A stretch of DNA of 32,613 nt. It comes from Candidatus Latescibacterota bacterium (lineage in GTDB: Bacteria; Krumholzibacteriota; Krumholzibacteriia; Krumholzibacteriales; WJIX01). The notes under the pieces are model-generated. The model searched no databases. It had not been told where the DNA came from and saw nothing but the letters and a program-made list of their open reading frames with translations. The position numbers were made by a program, and so were the translations under genes. Location: assembly GCA_030643145.1 (NCBI GenBank), contig DAOWMJ010000001.1, positions 1-32,613 on the forward strand, given 5' to 3'. Positions 7,991-16,949 of the stretch are shown piece by piece (within the stretch, counting starts at the first letter, position 1; the number at the start of each line of letters is the position of its first letter).

Positions 7991-9037
7991 ATGAAGATTT
8001 CATTTAACAAACTGATAATAAACAAAGCCGCGGAGAATGATCCTCTTACCAGCCTTCTAAGGCAAAGGCTTCCAGAGGCGGAAGTTGAGGTTGTTTCAGA
8101 TAGCGCCCCATTTCTTAATCCCCAGCGGGCTCGAAGCGGATCACTTGTAATTACACACCAAATGGGCAAATTTATTAAGGACTTCCCGGAAGCACCCGGA
8201 ACACCTCCATGCGGCGAAAAATACATAACCACTCTATTGAATTGTCCCTTCTCGTGTTCCTATTGCTATCTTCAATCCTATCTGGATCACCGGCAAATTG
8301 TCGTTTTTACAAACACTGAAAAATTAAAGAGAGAACTTAAAACAGTGCTCTCCAACACCCCTCCCTCAAGAATAACAACCGGCGAGATGGGAGACAGCCT
8401 GGCAATTGATCATCTCACGGAAACTACCGCAAACCTTCTGCCCCTTTTCAAAAATACTGAAACTCTACTCGAAGTAAGAACAAAAAGCACAAATATAGAG
8501 CATCTTTTACGTCCACCAGAAAAGTGCTCCTCCCGGCTTTCAGCAATTGAGGGTTCAGACAGACTTTTGGTTACCTGGACACTCAGCCCACCCCACGCGA
8601 TAAGAAAAGAAGAACATGGCACCGCAACGCTTGAAGACAGATTAGTAGCAATAAGTAAAATCTCCCGATCGGGAATCAAGGTAGCGATAAGATTCGATCC
8701 AATCATTCCCTTCTATTTCAGCCGGGATAAATACGAAGAAATAGTTAAGAGATTAAAAAAAGAGGCAAAGAACGGAATATACCGTTTCGAACTCGGTATC
8801 CTGAGATTCCCTCCCGGGCTCTGGGAAAATATTAGATCCAAATACCCTGGAAGCGCCATTATGCGAGGCGAATATCATCGGGATTTTGAAGGAAAAATGA
8901 GACTCTACCGGCCGGCACGCGTAGGAATTTACAGAAACCTCCACCGGATAATATCAGATCACTTTAATGGCGTTCCTGTTGCGCTTAGCATGGAACACAA
9001 TAGCGTATGGGAAGATGCCGGCATCCCCCTCCCCTGA
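7991..9037 (+). CDS. Spore photoproduct lyase-like radical SAM protein
   Basis: CxxxCxxC in NCPFSCSYCYLQ, with TGEMGDSL, EVRTKS and RFDPII, typical of the SPL family. Confidence 0.82.
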   Translation: MKISFNKLIINKAAENDPLTSLLRQRLPEAEVEVVSDSAPFLNPQRARSGSLVITHQMGKFIKDFPEAPGTPPCGEKYITTLLNCPFSCSYCYLQSYLDHRQIVVFTNTEKLKRELKTVLSNTPPSRITTGEMGDSLAIDHLTETTANLLPLFKNTETLLEVRTKSTNIEHLLRPPEKCSSRLSAIEGSDRLLVTWTLSPPHAIRKEEHGTATLEDRLVAISKISRSGIKVAIRFDPIIPFYFSRDKYEEIVKRLKKEAKNGIYRFELGILRFPPGLWENIRSKYPGSAIMRGEYHRDFEGKMRLYRPARVGIYRNLHRIISDHFNGVPVALSMEHNSVWEDAGIPLP

Positions 9038-9075
9038 TAAAGAACAATCAGTTCCCTTAAAAAGGTCTCCGGATT

Positions 9076-9735
9076 TCATGTGTCATAAACAGACGGCATC
9101 CCGTCGAAACCAAGCACCTCAGCATCAAGATGTGATGTATCCCCAAACAACCTCAACCTTGGCCTATAATCAAGTACTATCGATGTAATTGATGCGTTAG
9201 GAAGAGAAAAAGACCACATATCGTCCAGGTCCATTCCCAGCAGGTGAGTTAAATATACGCAAATCACTCCACCGTGTGAAATTACAAGAATATCCCCTCC
9301 ATCATCATCCCGCAGAATTTTCTCAAAGGTACTCGTCACTCTTTTTCGGAAGGAAAAAAGATCTTCCGCGCCTTCAATCGAAACAGATGTCGGCTTTTGA
9401 AACCATCGCTCAATCTTACCGGAGTCGTCTTCCTTTATTTCATTTATTAATCTGCCCTCCCAGCTTCCGAAGGAAACTTCGCGAAGCTCTTCGAGATAAT
9501 TCGGGGTAACATCCTCGCCAAGAGCAATCCTGGCGGTTTCCACTGCCCTTTCAACATTGCTGCAATAAACGGAATCGAATTCCATAGATCGCAATTTTCT
9601 CCCGAGCAACACAGCCTGCCGCCTTCCTCTTTCGCTAAGCTCGTTTCGTATAGAGTTCCCCTGAACCCGTCTTTGGACATTCCATACAGATTCCCCATGT
9701 CTAACAAGATGCAATTTTCTAATTTTTTCATCCAT
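9076..9735 (-). CDS. Histidine phosphatase (phosphoglycerate mutase-like) family protein
   Basis: LVRHGES, LREVSFGSWEG and SHGG; ATG 9735 behind GGAGG. Confidence 0.9.
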   Translation of the reverse strand: MDEKIRKLHLVRHGESVWNVQRRVQGNSIRNELSERGRRQAVLLGRKLRSMEFDSVYCSNVERAVETARIALGEDVTPNYLEELREVSFGSWEGRLINEIKEDDSGKIERWFQKPTSVSIEGAEDLFSFRKRVTSTFEKILRDDDGGDILVISHGGVICVYLTHLLGMDLDDMWSFSLPNASITSIVLDYRPRLRLFGDTSHLDAEVLGFDGMPSVYDT

Positions 9736-9913
9736 AAAAATCCTCCGGTAACAATTTGCAACATACGGGGTAACAATCAAGATATCTTGTATTTGCTGAA
9801 ACTATTTATTACTATAAGTTTTACAATAATATACAAATTTTATCCGTTTGTATAAAAAAATCTTTTAACTTTCAAAATTGACCTATAACATCATTTTAAA
9901 TAAAGGGATCCTA

Positions 9914-11821
9914 ATGAGCAACCTCATAAAACACAAAAACATAACCCTGATTATAATAATCGCTCTTCTGTTTTTTTCGCCGATCACCAGCAAAACCCAG
10001 GACTTTTTTTCTACCCCTCAAACTCTTGTCACTACAGAGGGACACCTTTCACAGAACGCTTTTCATAGTGGATCATCCGGATATCTGGCAATAACAGCAT
10101 TCATAACGGATGGCTGGCACATAAATTCCCCTTCTCCCCCCGATAGCTACATGATCCCTACACTCCTTAAAGTGAAAATGCCGGATGGAATAATAGCGGT
10201 CGGAACTCTCTATCCGGAAGCGGAAGAAAAGATGCTGGAAATTAGCGATTCCCCACTCCCACTTTATGAAGGACAGGTAACATTCGGAATACTGTTTGAA
10301 ATTAGCAAAGATATCAAGCCGGGAAATTACAAGATTACCGCCACACTTAACTACCAGGGATGCAACAATATGACCTGTCTTCAGCCGGCATATTCAAGTG
10401 TGGAAATCGAACTGAATGTCGCGGAACAGAACGAACGGCCCGAAAAAATCAACAAGGCCATATTCTCAACGCCCCCTTTCACGGATAGAAATGGCGAGTC
10501 TGTAATCATAGATATTGAAAAAATATCCGGCCATACCGGCGATAGGGAAAAGATGGAAGAAAGAGATGCCGCCACCCAGAGACAAGAGGGAAACAACAAG
10601 TCCGTCACCGAGATGGTAGAAAAGCGGGGCATTCTACTTTCCCTCCTAATTATTTTTCTCGGCGGACTCGCTCTTAATCTCACTCCATGTATCTATCCCC
10701 TTATACCGATAACAATCAGTTTCTTTGGAGGCCAGGCGGAAGGCAAAGGGACAAAGGCGTTTGGATTATCCCTTCTATACGTATTGGGAATCTCCATTAC
10801 ATACAGTGTTCTTGGAGTAATCGCGGCCCTTACCGGGGGCATATTGGGAGCGGCCCTGCAAAACGGGTGGGTTATCTTTTTTATCGCTCTTGTTCTTGTA
10901 GGCCTTGCCACATCAATGTTCGGTCTCTGGGAAATCAGAATGCCTATGTTTGTCATGAAAAGAACGGGGTCTGCCAGGAAGGGAACGCTTGGCGCCCTCC
11001 TTATGGGTCTAACGGTAGGAATTGTGGCCGCGCCGTGCATCGGACCATTTGTCCTCGGCTTGTTGACATACGTTGGTAAAACCGGAAATCCCACACTTGG
11101 ATTTATTATGTTTTTTACTCTGGCGTGGGGAATGGGCATTCCGTTCATTATTCTGGGAACTGTATCCGGAAGTATATCCCGCCTGCCGCGTTCGGGTGAA
11201 TGGCTCGACTGGGTAAAACAGATTTTCGGATTTATTCTTATCCTTATGGCATTTTATTTTACCAGGCATCTTATCGGTCCTAAAATCACATACACGGGAT
11301 ACGCGCTAACAGCTCTCTCTGCCAGTATCTATCTTGGCTGGATTGTAAAAACAGCGGACAGTGGAAAAATCTTTAGAATTATCAAAAAAGTCATCAGTCT
11401 TATCTGGTTGATAGTCGCCGTTTTTCTCATAACACGCCCCGGGGGACCAATATTCGAAGCTAAAGAAGGTTCTCACATACAATGGGCGACATATACTGAA
11501 GCAGAACTCAGCAAAGCCAGACTGAGTGGAAAACCAATTATGATAGATTTTACTGCAGCCTGGTGTATCCCATGCCATAAACTTGAACACAAAACCTTTT
11601 CCAACCCGGAGATAATGATCCTCGCGAGAGAACTGATTACAATAAGGGTGGATCTTACAAATTCCAATATCCGCAGTGAAAAAATCAAAAAAGAATTTAA
11701 GATCAGGGGAGTACCGACTATCCTCTTTTTTAACAGCAAAGGCGAGCAGATCGATAATTTGAGAATTTCCGGCTTTATTGAACCTGAGAAACTAGCGGAA
11801 AAAATTAAAAAACTCAAATAG
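9914..11821 (+). CDS. dsbD: Protein-disulfide reductase DsbD (alpha, beta and gamma domains)
   Basis: Signal peptide; QGCNNMTC (alpha); LTPCIYP and AAPCIGP (membrane beta); WCIPC thioredoxin motif (gamma). Confidence 0.9.
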   Translation: MSNLIKHKNITLIIIIALLFFSPITSKTQDFFSTPQTLVTTEGHLSQNAFHSGSSGYLAITAFITDGWHINSPSPPDSYMIPTLLKVKMPDGIIAVGTLYPEAEEKMLEISDSPLPLYEGQVTFGILFEISKDIKPGNYKITATLNYQGCNNMTCLQPAYSSVEIELNVAEQNERPEKINKAIFSTPPFTDRNGESVIIDIEKISGHTGDREKMEERDAATQRQEGNNKSVTEMVEKRGILLSLLIIFLGGLALNLTPCIYPLIPITISFFGGQAEGKGTKAFGLSLLYVLGISITYSVLGVIAALTGGILGAALQNGWVIFFIALVLVGLATSMFGLWEIRMPMFVMKRTGSARKGTLGALLMGLTVGIVAAPCIGPFVLGLLTYVGKTGNPTLGFIMFFTLAWGMGIPFIILGTVSGSISRLPRSGEWLDWVKQIFGFILILMAFYFTRHLIGPKITYTGYALTALSASIYLGWIVKTADSGKIFRIIKKVISLIWLIVAVFLITRPGGPIFEAKEGSHIQWATYTEAELSKARLSGKPIMIDFTAAWCIPCHKLEHKTFSNPEIMILARELITIRVDLTNSNIRSEKIKKEFKIRGVPTILFFNSKGEQIDNLRISGFIEPEKLAEKIKKLK

Positions 11822-11839
11822 AAAGTATCACCTTCAAAA

Positions 11840-13072
11840 ATGAGAAGAAAAGATCTGAAAAAGATATTAATTTTATCGATCTGGGAGAATCTCTGGTCAC
11901 TCGGTGAAGGTTGCGGTGTCCCCGATGAATTGCACTTCAGCAACAAACTCCAATCGGCGGGTATTGAAACATTTCTTTTAAAGCCTAAATCTACAGGGCA
12001 TACTGATGATCATGAACAAATCGGTATCACAACATACACCTACCCCAATATCGTCAGTTCATGCGAGAAGATGCCGGGGCCAATCGCGAGGTCTCTCATT
12101 TCCATATATTTTCCCTATAAAGTAACTGACAGGCTTAAATCGATTGCCGCGATGATTAAACCTGATCTTATTTTGGGGTTTGCCCATCAGTCAATTAAAC
12201 CGATCAGCGAGGTCGGCCGCAAACTTGGAATACCCGCCGTTGTTAAACTCTTTGGTGTAATGCAACTGGGTAGAGAGAAACTCTCCTTGCTAAAATACTG
12301 GTATTCCAATTTCGACCAGATTAACTCACTACGTTACCCCGTTGATCATTATATTGTCTTAAACGATGGAACCTTGGGGAACAAAGCCCTTACCAGCCGT
12401 GGAATACCCGAAAACAGAGTGTCATTCCTGCAGAATGGAATGAATCTGGAATGGGCGGAAATGAAGATTGACAGAAGAGAGATCCGTGGATCAATGGGCT
12501 TACCGGAAAACGATATTCTGATCGTTACCCTTTCAAGGTTTATAAAATTAAAAAGAATAGATCACCTGCTGAAAGCGGCCGCCAGGATAAGTAAAGAAAC
12601 CATGAAAAAGGTTTCTTTTGTGATAGCCGGGGATGGACCTGGAAAGCAATATCTTATCGAGAAAACCAAAACACTCGGTTTGGAGAAAAGGGTTTATTTT
12701 ACAGGCGCTGTACCCTATGATCGTGTTCCGGAACTATTAAAAGCATGTGATATTTTCGCGGGAACAAGCGAACTTACAAATATGGCCATGCCTACCTGCG
12801 AAGCAATGCTTTGCGGTCTTCCCGTTGTAGCATACAATGTTGCCGGCACATCCGAAGTTGTCCGCGATGGTGAAACCGGCCTTTTAGTTGAAAATTCAAA
12901 TATTGACGCTTTTGCCGGAAAACTGTCTCTTCTTATAAACGATGATGAGCTCAGACAACGCCTCTCGAGAAAGGCGGCAAGTTTCAGCAGAGAATATTTC
13001 GTAGACTGGGCTGACAAAGTTGAACAGGAAATGAAAATTCTTAAAACTGTTGTTGATAATTACCAAACTTAA
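11840..13072 (+). CDS. Glycosyltransferase family 4 (GT-B)
   Basis: KRIDHLL, IAGDGP and EAMLCGLPVVA...GTSEVVRDGETG. Confidence 0.9.
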   Translation: MRRKDLKKILILSIWENLWSLGEGCGVPDELHFSNKLQSAGIETFLLKPKSTGHTDDHEQIGITTYTYPNIVSSCEKMPGPIARSLISIYFPYKVTDRLKSIAAMIKPDLILGFAHQSIKPISEVGRKLGIPAVVKLFGVMQLGREKLSLLKYWYSNFDQINSLRYPVDHYIVLNDGTLGNKALTSRGIPENRVSFLQNGMNLEWAEMKIDRREIRGSMGLPENDILIVTLSRFIKLKRIDHLLKAAARISKETMKKVSFVIAGDGPGKQYLIEKTKTLGLEKRVYFTGAVPYDRVPELLKACDIFAGTSELTNMAMPTCEAMLCGLPVVAYNVAGTSEVVRDGETGLLVENSNIDAFAGKLSLLINDDELRQRLSRKAASFSREYFVDWADKVEQEMKILKTVVDNYQT

Positions 13073-13110
13073 CCTGCAAGAATAGATCCCCCCAAAGAAA
13101 AAATACTATT

Positions 13111-13250
13111 AAGAATAACGCCACGGGTTTTCACACATTTTTGAAAATCCGTGGCGCTTCCAATATAGGAACCTAGTGCAGGCCTTCGGGACTATGCTCA
13201 AAGCATCCAATTTGGGCTCTCTCTTTCATGTTCTCCCGTGCGCCTGCTAC
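13111..13250 (-). ncRNA. Candidate stand-alone structured small RNA (~140 nt), family not recognised
   Basis: It starts ~6 nt after a sigma70 -10 box. The 5' GUAGCAGGC pairs with GCCUGCAC and encloses two sub-stems, and the RNA ends in a long hairpin plus UUAUUCUU. No same-strand gene lies downstream. Confidence 0.55.
13119..13156. terminator. Long hairpin, probably a bidirectional terminator
   Basis: CGCCACGGGTTTTCA-N8-TGAAAATCCGTGGCG lies between the convergent GT4 and oadB genes; the U-rich tail is on the - strand. Confidence 0.75.
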
Positions 13251-13255
13251 TTATA

Positions 13256-13283
13256 ATTTTACCCTGATTTCCCATTTTGTCAA
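13256..13283 (-). promoter_or_regulatory. Sigma70-type promoter TTGACA-N16-TAAAAT
   Basis: Perfect -35 (13278-13283) and 5/6 -10 (13256-13261) on the - strand. Confidence 0.65.
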
Positions 13284-13404
13284 CCCCCATCGGCAATAAT
13301 CCGAGGCCGCGGGAAACCCCAACGAAAACAAGTTATAATTCTTTCCTGTCAGAAAACAACTGGAAAGATGAAAGTATAGAGATAAACTGGATGCTTAAAT
13401 CTAT

Positions 13405-14544
13405 TTACGCGAAATAAGCCAGCAAAACACCCGCAGCGACTGCGGAACCAATTACGCCCGAAACATTTGGTCCCATAGCATGCATTATTAGAAAATTATG
13501 AGGGTCCTCTTCTAACCCAACCTTGTTTACGACCCGAGCCGCCATTGGTACCGCGGACACACCCGCGGCGCCAATAAGTGGATTAATCTTTCTTTTAGAA
13601 AATTTGTTCATCAGTTTAGCCATAAAAAGTCCTGCAATGGTACCTATAGAAAAAGCTACAAGACCTAAAAGGAGAATACCAATCGTTTGGATAGTTAAGA
13701 ATTCTGAAGCTTGCAGTTTTGAACCCACAGCCAACCCTAAAAAAATTGTAACAGTATTAATCAAGCTATTCTTGGCGGTTTCTGCCAACCTGTCGGTTCG
13801 GCCGCATTCGTTGATTAAATTGCCGAACATCAACGCGCCAATAAGTGGAGTAGCAGCCGGTAATAGTATCGCACAAAGAATTAATACAACTAACGAAAAA
13901 AGTATTTTCTCAGTCTTTGAAACATGGCGCAACTGAGTCATTTTTATTTTGCGTTCTTTCCTGGATGTAAGAAACCGCATGATTGGAGGCTGTATAATCG
14001 GGACAAGCGCCATATATGAATAGGCGGCTACGGCTATCGCCCCCAATAATTCCGGGGCTAATTTTGAAGTTACAAATATCGCGGTAGGTCCGTCGGCGCC
14101 TCCGATTATGCCGATAGACGCGGCTTGCTTAAGTGAAAAACCCATTCCGGGAATTGTAATAGCTCCAATGAGTGTTGTAAAAATGCCAAATTGAGCGGCT
14201 GCTCCAAGCAATGCCAACCGCGGATTGGCAATTAAGGGACCGAAATCAGTCATTGCTCCTATTCCCATAAAGATCAAGAGAGGGAAAACGCCAGTCTTGA
14301 TACCAACATTATAAATATACCACAAAAACCCGCCCGGTTCCACAATCCCAGCAACAGGAATATTTGCCAGTATCCCCCCAAACCCGATAGGAATCAGAAG
14401 AAGCGGTTCAAAGCCTTTTACAATACCGAGGAATATCAGAAGAAAGCAAAGACCGATCATAACAACATTCAACAAAGTAAAGTTAACTAGCCCAGTATTT
14501 TGAAAAACATTTATAAATACTTTCCCCAGCTCCAGTACTTCCAT
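13405..14544 (-). CDS. oadB: Na+-translocating decarboxylase beta subunit
   Basis: [41 protein letters not shown] and [13 protein letters not shown]. Confidence 0.95.
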   Translation of the reverse strand: MEVLELGKVFINVFQNTGLVNFTLLNVVMIGLCFLLIFLGIVKGFEPLLLIPIGFGGILANIPVAGIVEPGGFLWYIYNVGIKTGVFPLLIFMGIGAMTDFGPLIANPRLALLGAAAQFGIFTTLIGAITIPGMGFSLKQAASIGIIGGADGPTAIFVTSKLAPELLGAIAVAAYSYMALVPIIQPPIMRFLTSRKERKIKMTQLRHVSKTEKILFSLVVLILCAILLPAATPLIGALMFGNLINECGRTDRLAETAKNSLINTVTIFLGLAVGSKLQASEFLTIQTIGILLLGLVAFSIGTIAGLFMAKLMNKFSKRKINPLIGAAGVSAVPMAARVVNKVGLEEDPHNFLIMHAMGPNVSGVIGSAVAAGVLLAYFA

Positions 14545-14608
14545 CTATATCTCCTGATCTGATTTTTGCATAACGGGCATTCTATTTCTCCAATTCAACA
14601 ATCTGAAT

Positions 14609-16402
14609 TTATCCCAGCCTCGCTAATATTTGATTAGCGCTTACCGAATCTCCAGCTTTCACAGCCATGGAAACCAGAACGCCATTTCTCGGCGCTTTTA
14701 TTTCTGTTTCCATTTTCATAGCTTCAATAATCATAATTATCTCGTTTTTCAAAACACGCTTATTTGCCGCACTCAAAACCCTAATAACTGTACCTGGAAA
14801 AGGTGTTCTGATTTCGAGCGTATCTTCGCTCGGTCCGGGAACAGATTTTGTTGTATCAGGAATCCCTTCCTCGACCTTTATTTTATATTTTTGTCCTTCA
14901 ACGGTAATAATATCATCTTTTAAGATTACAGGATATTTCTTGCCGTCAACAGTCACCATAAAAGTGTCGCTTCTATTTTTGGCTCCTTCTTTACTCCTGA
15001 CAACTTTTCGTACACGAACTTTACCTTCTCCTTTTAAGAAAGCAATCCCCTTTTCTTTACACGCAGCAACAACAAATATATTCTCTTCAGTTTTATCAAG
15101 ATCGTTATCCTTTAATAATTTTTTAGCTGGTTCTATTCCTTTGTCAGGATCGTTATCATTAATCTCCAACACCTTTTGAACTGTTGGTTGTAACTCCATC
15201 TTTTCTGAAGCAAGTTTAACAAGTTCAGGATCCGGCTGAACAGGAGTTTTCCCAAAATAGCCGAGGATCATCTTGCCGTAACCCTCCGCGAATTTCACCC
15301 ATGGTCCAAAGATTACATTATTAAAGGCCTGCTGGAAGTAAAACTGTGATACTGGCGTAACTGATGTGCCAAACCCTCCACGTCTAACGACTTCGCTCAT
15401 TGCCATGATTATTTCAGGAAATTTATCCAACATATCATTATCCCGAAGCATTTGAGTATTGGCGGTTAACGCGCCGCCCGGCATTGGAGAGAAGGGAATA
15501 ACCGGAGAAACCGATTTAGCTTCCGGGGGTATAAAATAGTCCTTCATACAATCTTTGAACACGGCTTCAACCTCACGTATCTTGTTAATATCAAAGCCAA
15601 GATCATACTCAGTGCCCTTCAGAGCATGCATCATAGTTAATATATCCGGCTGGCTGGTACCGCCGGAAACAGGAACCATTGAAAGATCAATACCATCTAC
15701 TCCCGCTTCAATTGCCGCCATATAGCAGTGTACTGATATACCAGCTGTTTCATGTGTATGAAATCTCACGGGAATATCATCGGGCAAGATTTTTTTTGCC
15801 ATTTTGATAGTTTCATATACCTTTTTCGGGATTGCCGTCCCTGAGGCGTCTTTAAAACACACCGAGCTATAAGGCAAACCTGAATCAATAATATTTCTCA
15901 GGGTCTTTTCATAAAAAGCTACATCGTGAGCGCCGGCGCAACCTGGTGGTAATTCCATCATTGTTACAACAACTTCATGTTTCAATCCATTATCAACTAT
16001 ACATCTGCCGCTATAATCAAGGTTATTAACATCATTTAGCGCGTCAAAATTTCTAATTGTTGACACTCCATGTTTTTTAAACATTTTCGCGTGCAAATCA
16101 ATAACATCGCTACTTTGAGAATCCAGACCTACGACATTGACGCCGCGCGCTAATGTCTGAAGGTTAATATCGGGTCCTGCAATTTCCCTGAAACGATCCA
16201 TATTTTCAAATGAATTCTCATTGACATAGAAAAAGGGACTTTGAAACATCGCGCCGCCGCCGGATTCAAAGTGAGTTATTCCCGCGTTTACGGCTGCTTC
16301 CAATGCCGGCACAAAATCATCCATATGAACACGCGCGCCAAACACTGATTGAAATCCATCCCTGAAGGCTGTACACATTACATTTATCTTTTTTTTTGCC
16401 AT
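14609..16402 (-). CDS. oadA: Oxaloacetate decarboxylase alpha subunit (carboxyltransferase plus biotinyl domain)
   Basis: RDGFQS, RNFDALND, FKDASG, HTH, MPGG, VTPVSQ and the biotin motif EAMKM; flanked by oadG and oadB. ATG 16402 behind GGGAG. Confidence 0.88.
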   Translation of the reverse strand: MAKKKINVMCTAFRDGFQSVFGARVHMDDFVPALEAAVNAGITHFESGGGAMFQSPFFYVNENSFENMDRFREIAGPDINLQTLARGVNVVGLDSQSSDVIDLHAKMFKKHGVSTIRNFDALNDVNNLDYSGRCIVDNGLKHEVVVTMMELPPGCAGAHDVAFYEKTLRNIIDSGLPYSSVCFKDASGTAIPKKVYETIKMAKKILPDDIPVRFHTHETAGISVHCYMAAIEAGVDGIDLSMVPVSGGTSQPDILTMMHALKGTEYDLGFDINKIREVEAVFKDCMKDYFIPPEAKSVSPVIPFSPMPGGALTANTQMLRDNDMLDKFPEIIMAMSEVVRRGGFGTSVTPVSQFYFQQAFNNVIFGPWVKFAEGYGKMILGYFGKTPVQPDPELVKLASEKMELQPTVQKVLEINDNDPDKGIEPAKKLLKDNDLDKTEENIFVVAACKEKGIAFLKGEGKVRVRKVVRSKEGAKNRSDTFMVTVDGKKYPVILKDDIITVEGQKYKIKVEEGIPDTTKSVPGPSEDTLEIRTPFPGTVIRVLSAANKRVLKNEIIMIIEAMKMETEIKAPRNGVLVSMAVKAGDSVSANQILARLG

Positions 16403-16515
16403 ATTTTTTCTCCCAACACCTTCGTCCATTTCCGGCGCCCATTTACCCCGTAAGCAGAGGAACCTTCTAACAACCCAGGCGTTAGCGAAAGGTTTTAATG
16501 GTAAGGAGTTCTTTT

Positions 16516-16722
16516 TTACTTTCTATTCTTCACTGCTACCGCAATCGCGGCAATTAATACAGTATCCTCAAGAACTAATTCAGCTTTCGCTACCTTTTTC
16601 TTTTCGGGTAAATAGTTCTGAACAATGTAACTCATTAGTTGTATTGAGCTTACCATAATAATTAAAAAAATAAATACTACGGTCATCCCCGCTATGGTAA
16701 GCTCCAAACCACTAAAAAACAT
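16516..16722 (-). CDS. oadG: Oxaloacetate decarboxylase gamma subunit
   Basis: GMTVVFIFL TM helix and C-terminal IAAIAVAV; ATG 16722 lies 8 nt after GAGGAG; first gene of oadGAB. Confidence 0.85.
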   Translation of the reverse strand: MFFSGLELTIAGMTVVFIFLIIMVSSIQLMSYIVQNYLPEKKKVAKAELVLEDTVLIAAIAVAVKNRK

Positions 16723-16909
16723 CCCCAAAGCTCCTCTTCAGTTGTTTTCTTACCACCCTACCATATTAGTAAGGCAACACCGTTCATAATGACAGCTAAA
16801 AAAACCATCAAAGGTATCTTAATAGATATGCTTTAACAATCATACAAGCAATAGCTTTTTTAAGATATTTAGCACAAGCGCTGACTCAAGTTCATGGAGG
16901 GATTAGAAG

Positions 16910-16941
16910 AAGGGCGATCTCCCCGAGGGAAAATCGCCCTT
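16910..16941 (-). terminator. Intrinsic terminator of the prolyl oligopeptidase gene
   Basis: AAGGGCGAT...ATCGCCCTT stem with an inner CCC/GGG stem, directly after the stop at 16950. Confidence 0.7.
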
Positions 16942-16949
16942 TGATATCT

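Noticed and set aside
3938..9037. RiPP cluster made of the peptide plus nearby prenyltransferase and radical SAM (W-G-K and K-x-x-W resemble crosslink motifs)
   Set aside because: The prenyltransferase is MenA-like and the radical SAM is SPL-like with no SPASM or RRE features. A hairpin and an opposite-strand gene interrupt the region.
13173..13229. 18-aa ORF MKERAQIGCFEHSPEGLH (- strand) inside the sRNA candidate
   Set aside because: The GGGAG-to-ATG spacing is only 3 nt, the peptide has no distinctive composition, and the sequence is better explained by RNA stems.
13205..13245. Superficial likeness to the 5' half of a c-di-GMP-I riboswitch (GCAC-GGG…GAAA…CAAA)
   Set aside because: The GAAA is not closed by a pairing stem, and there is no downstream same-strand gene to regulate.
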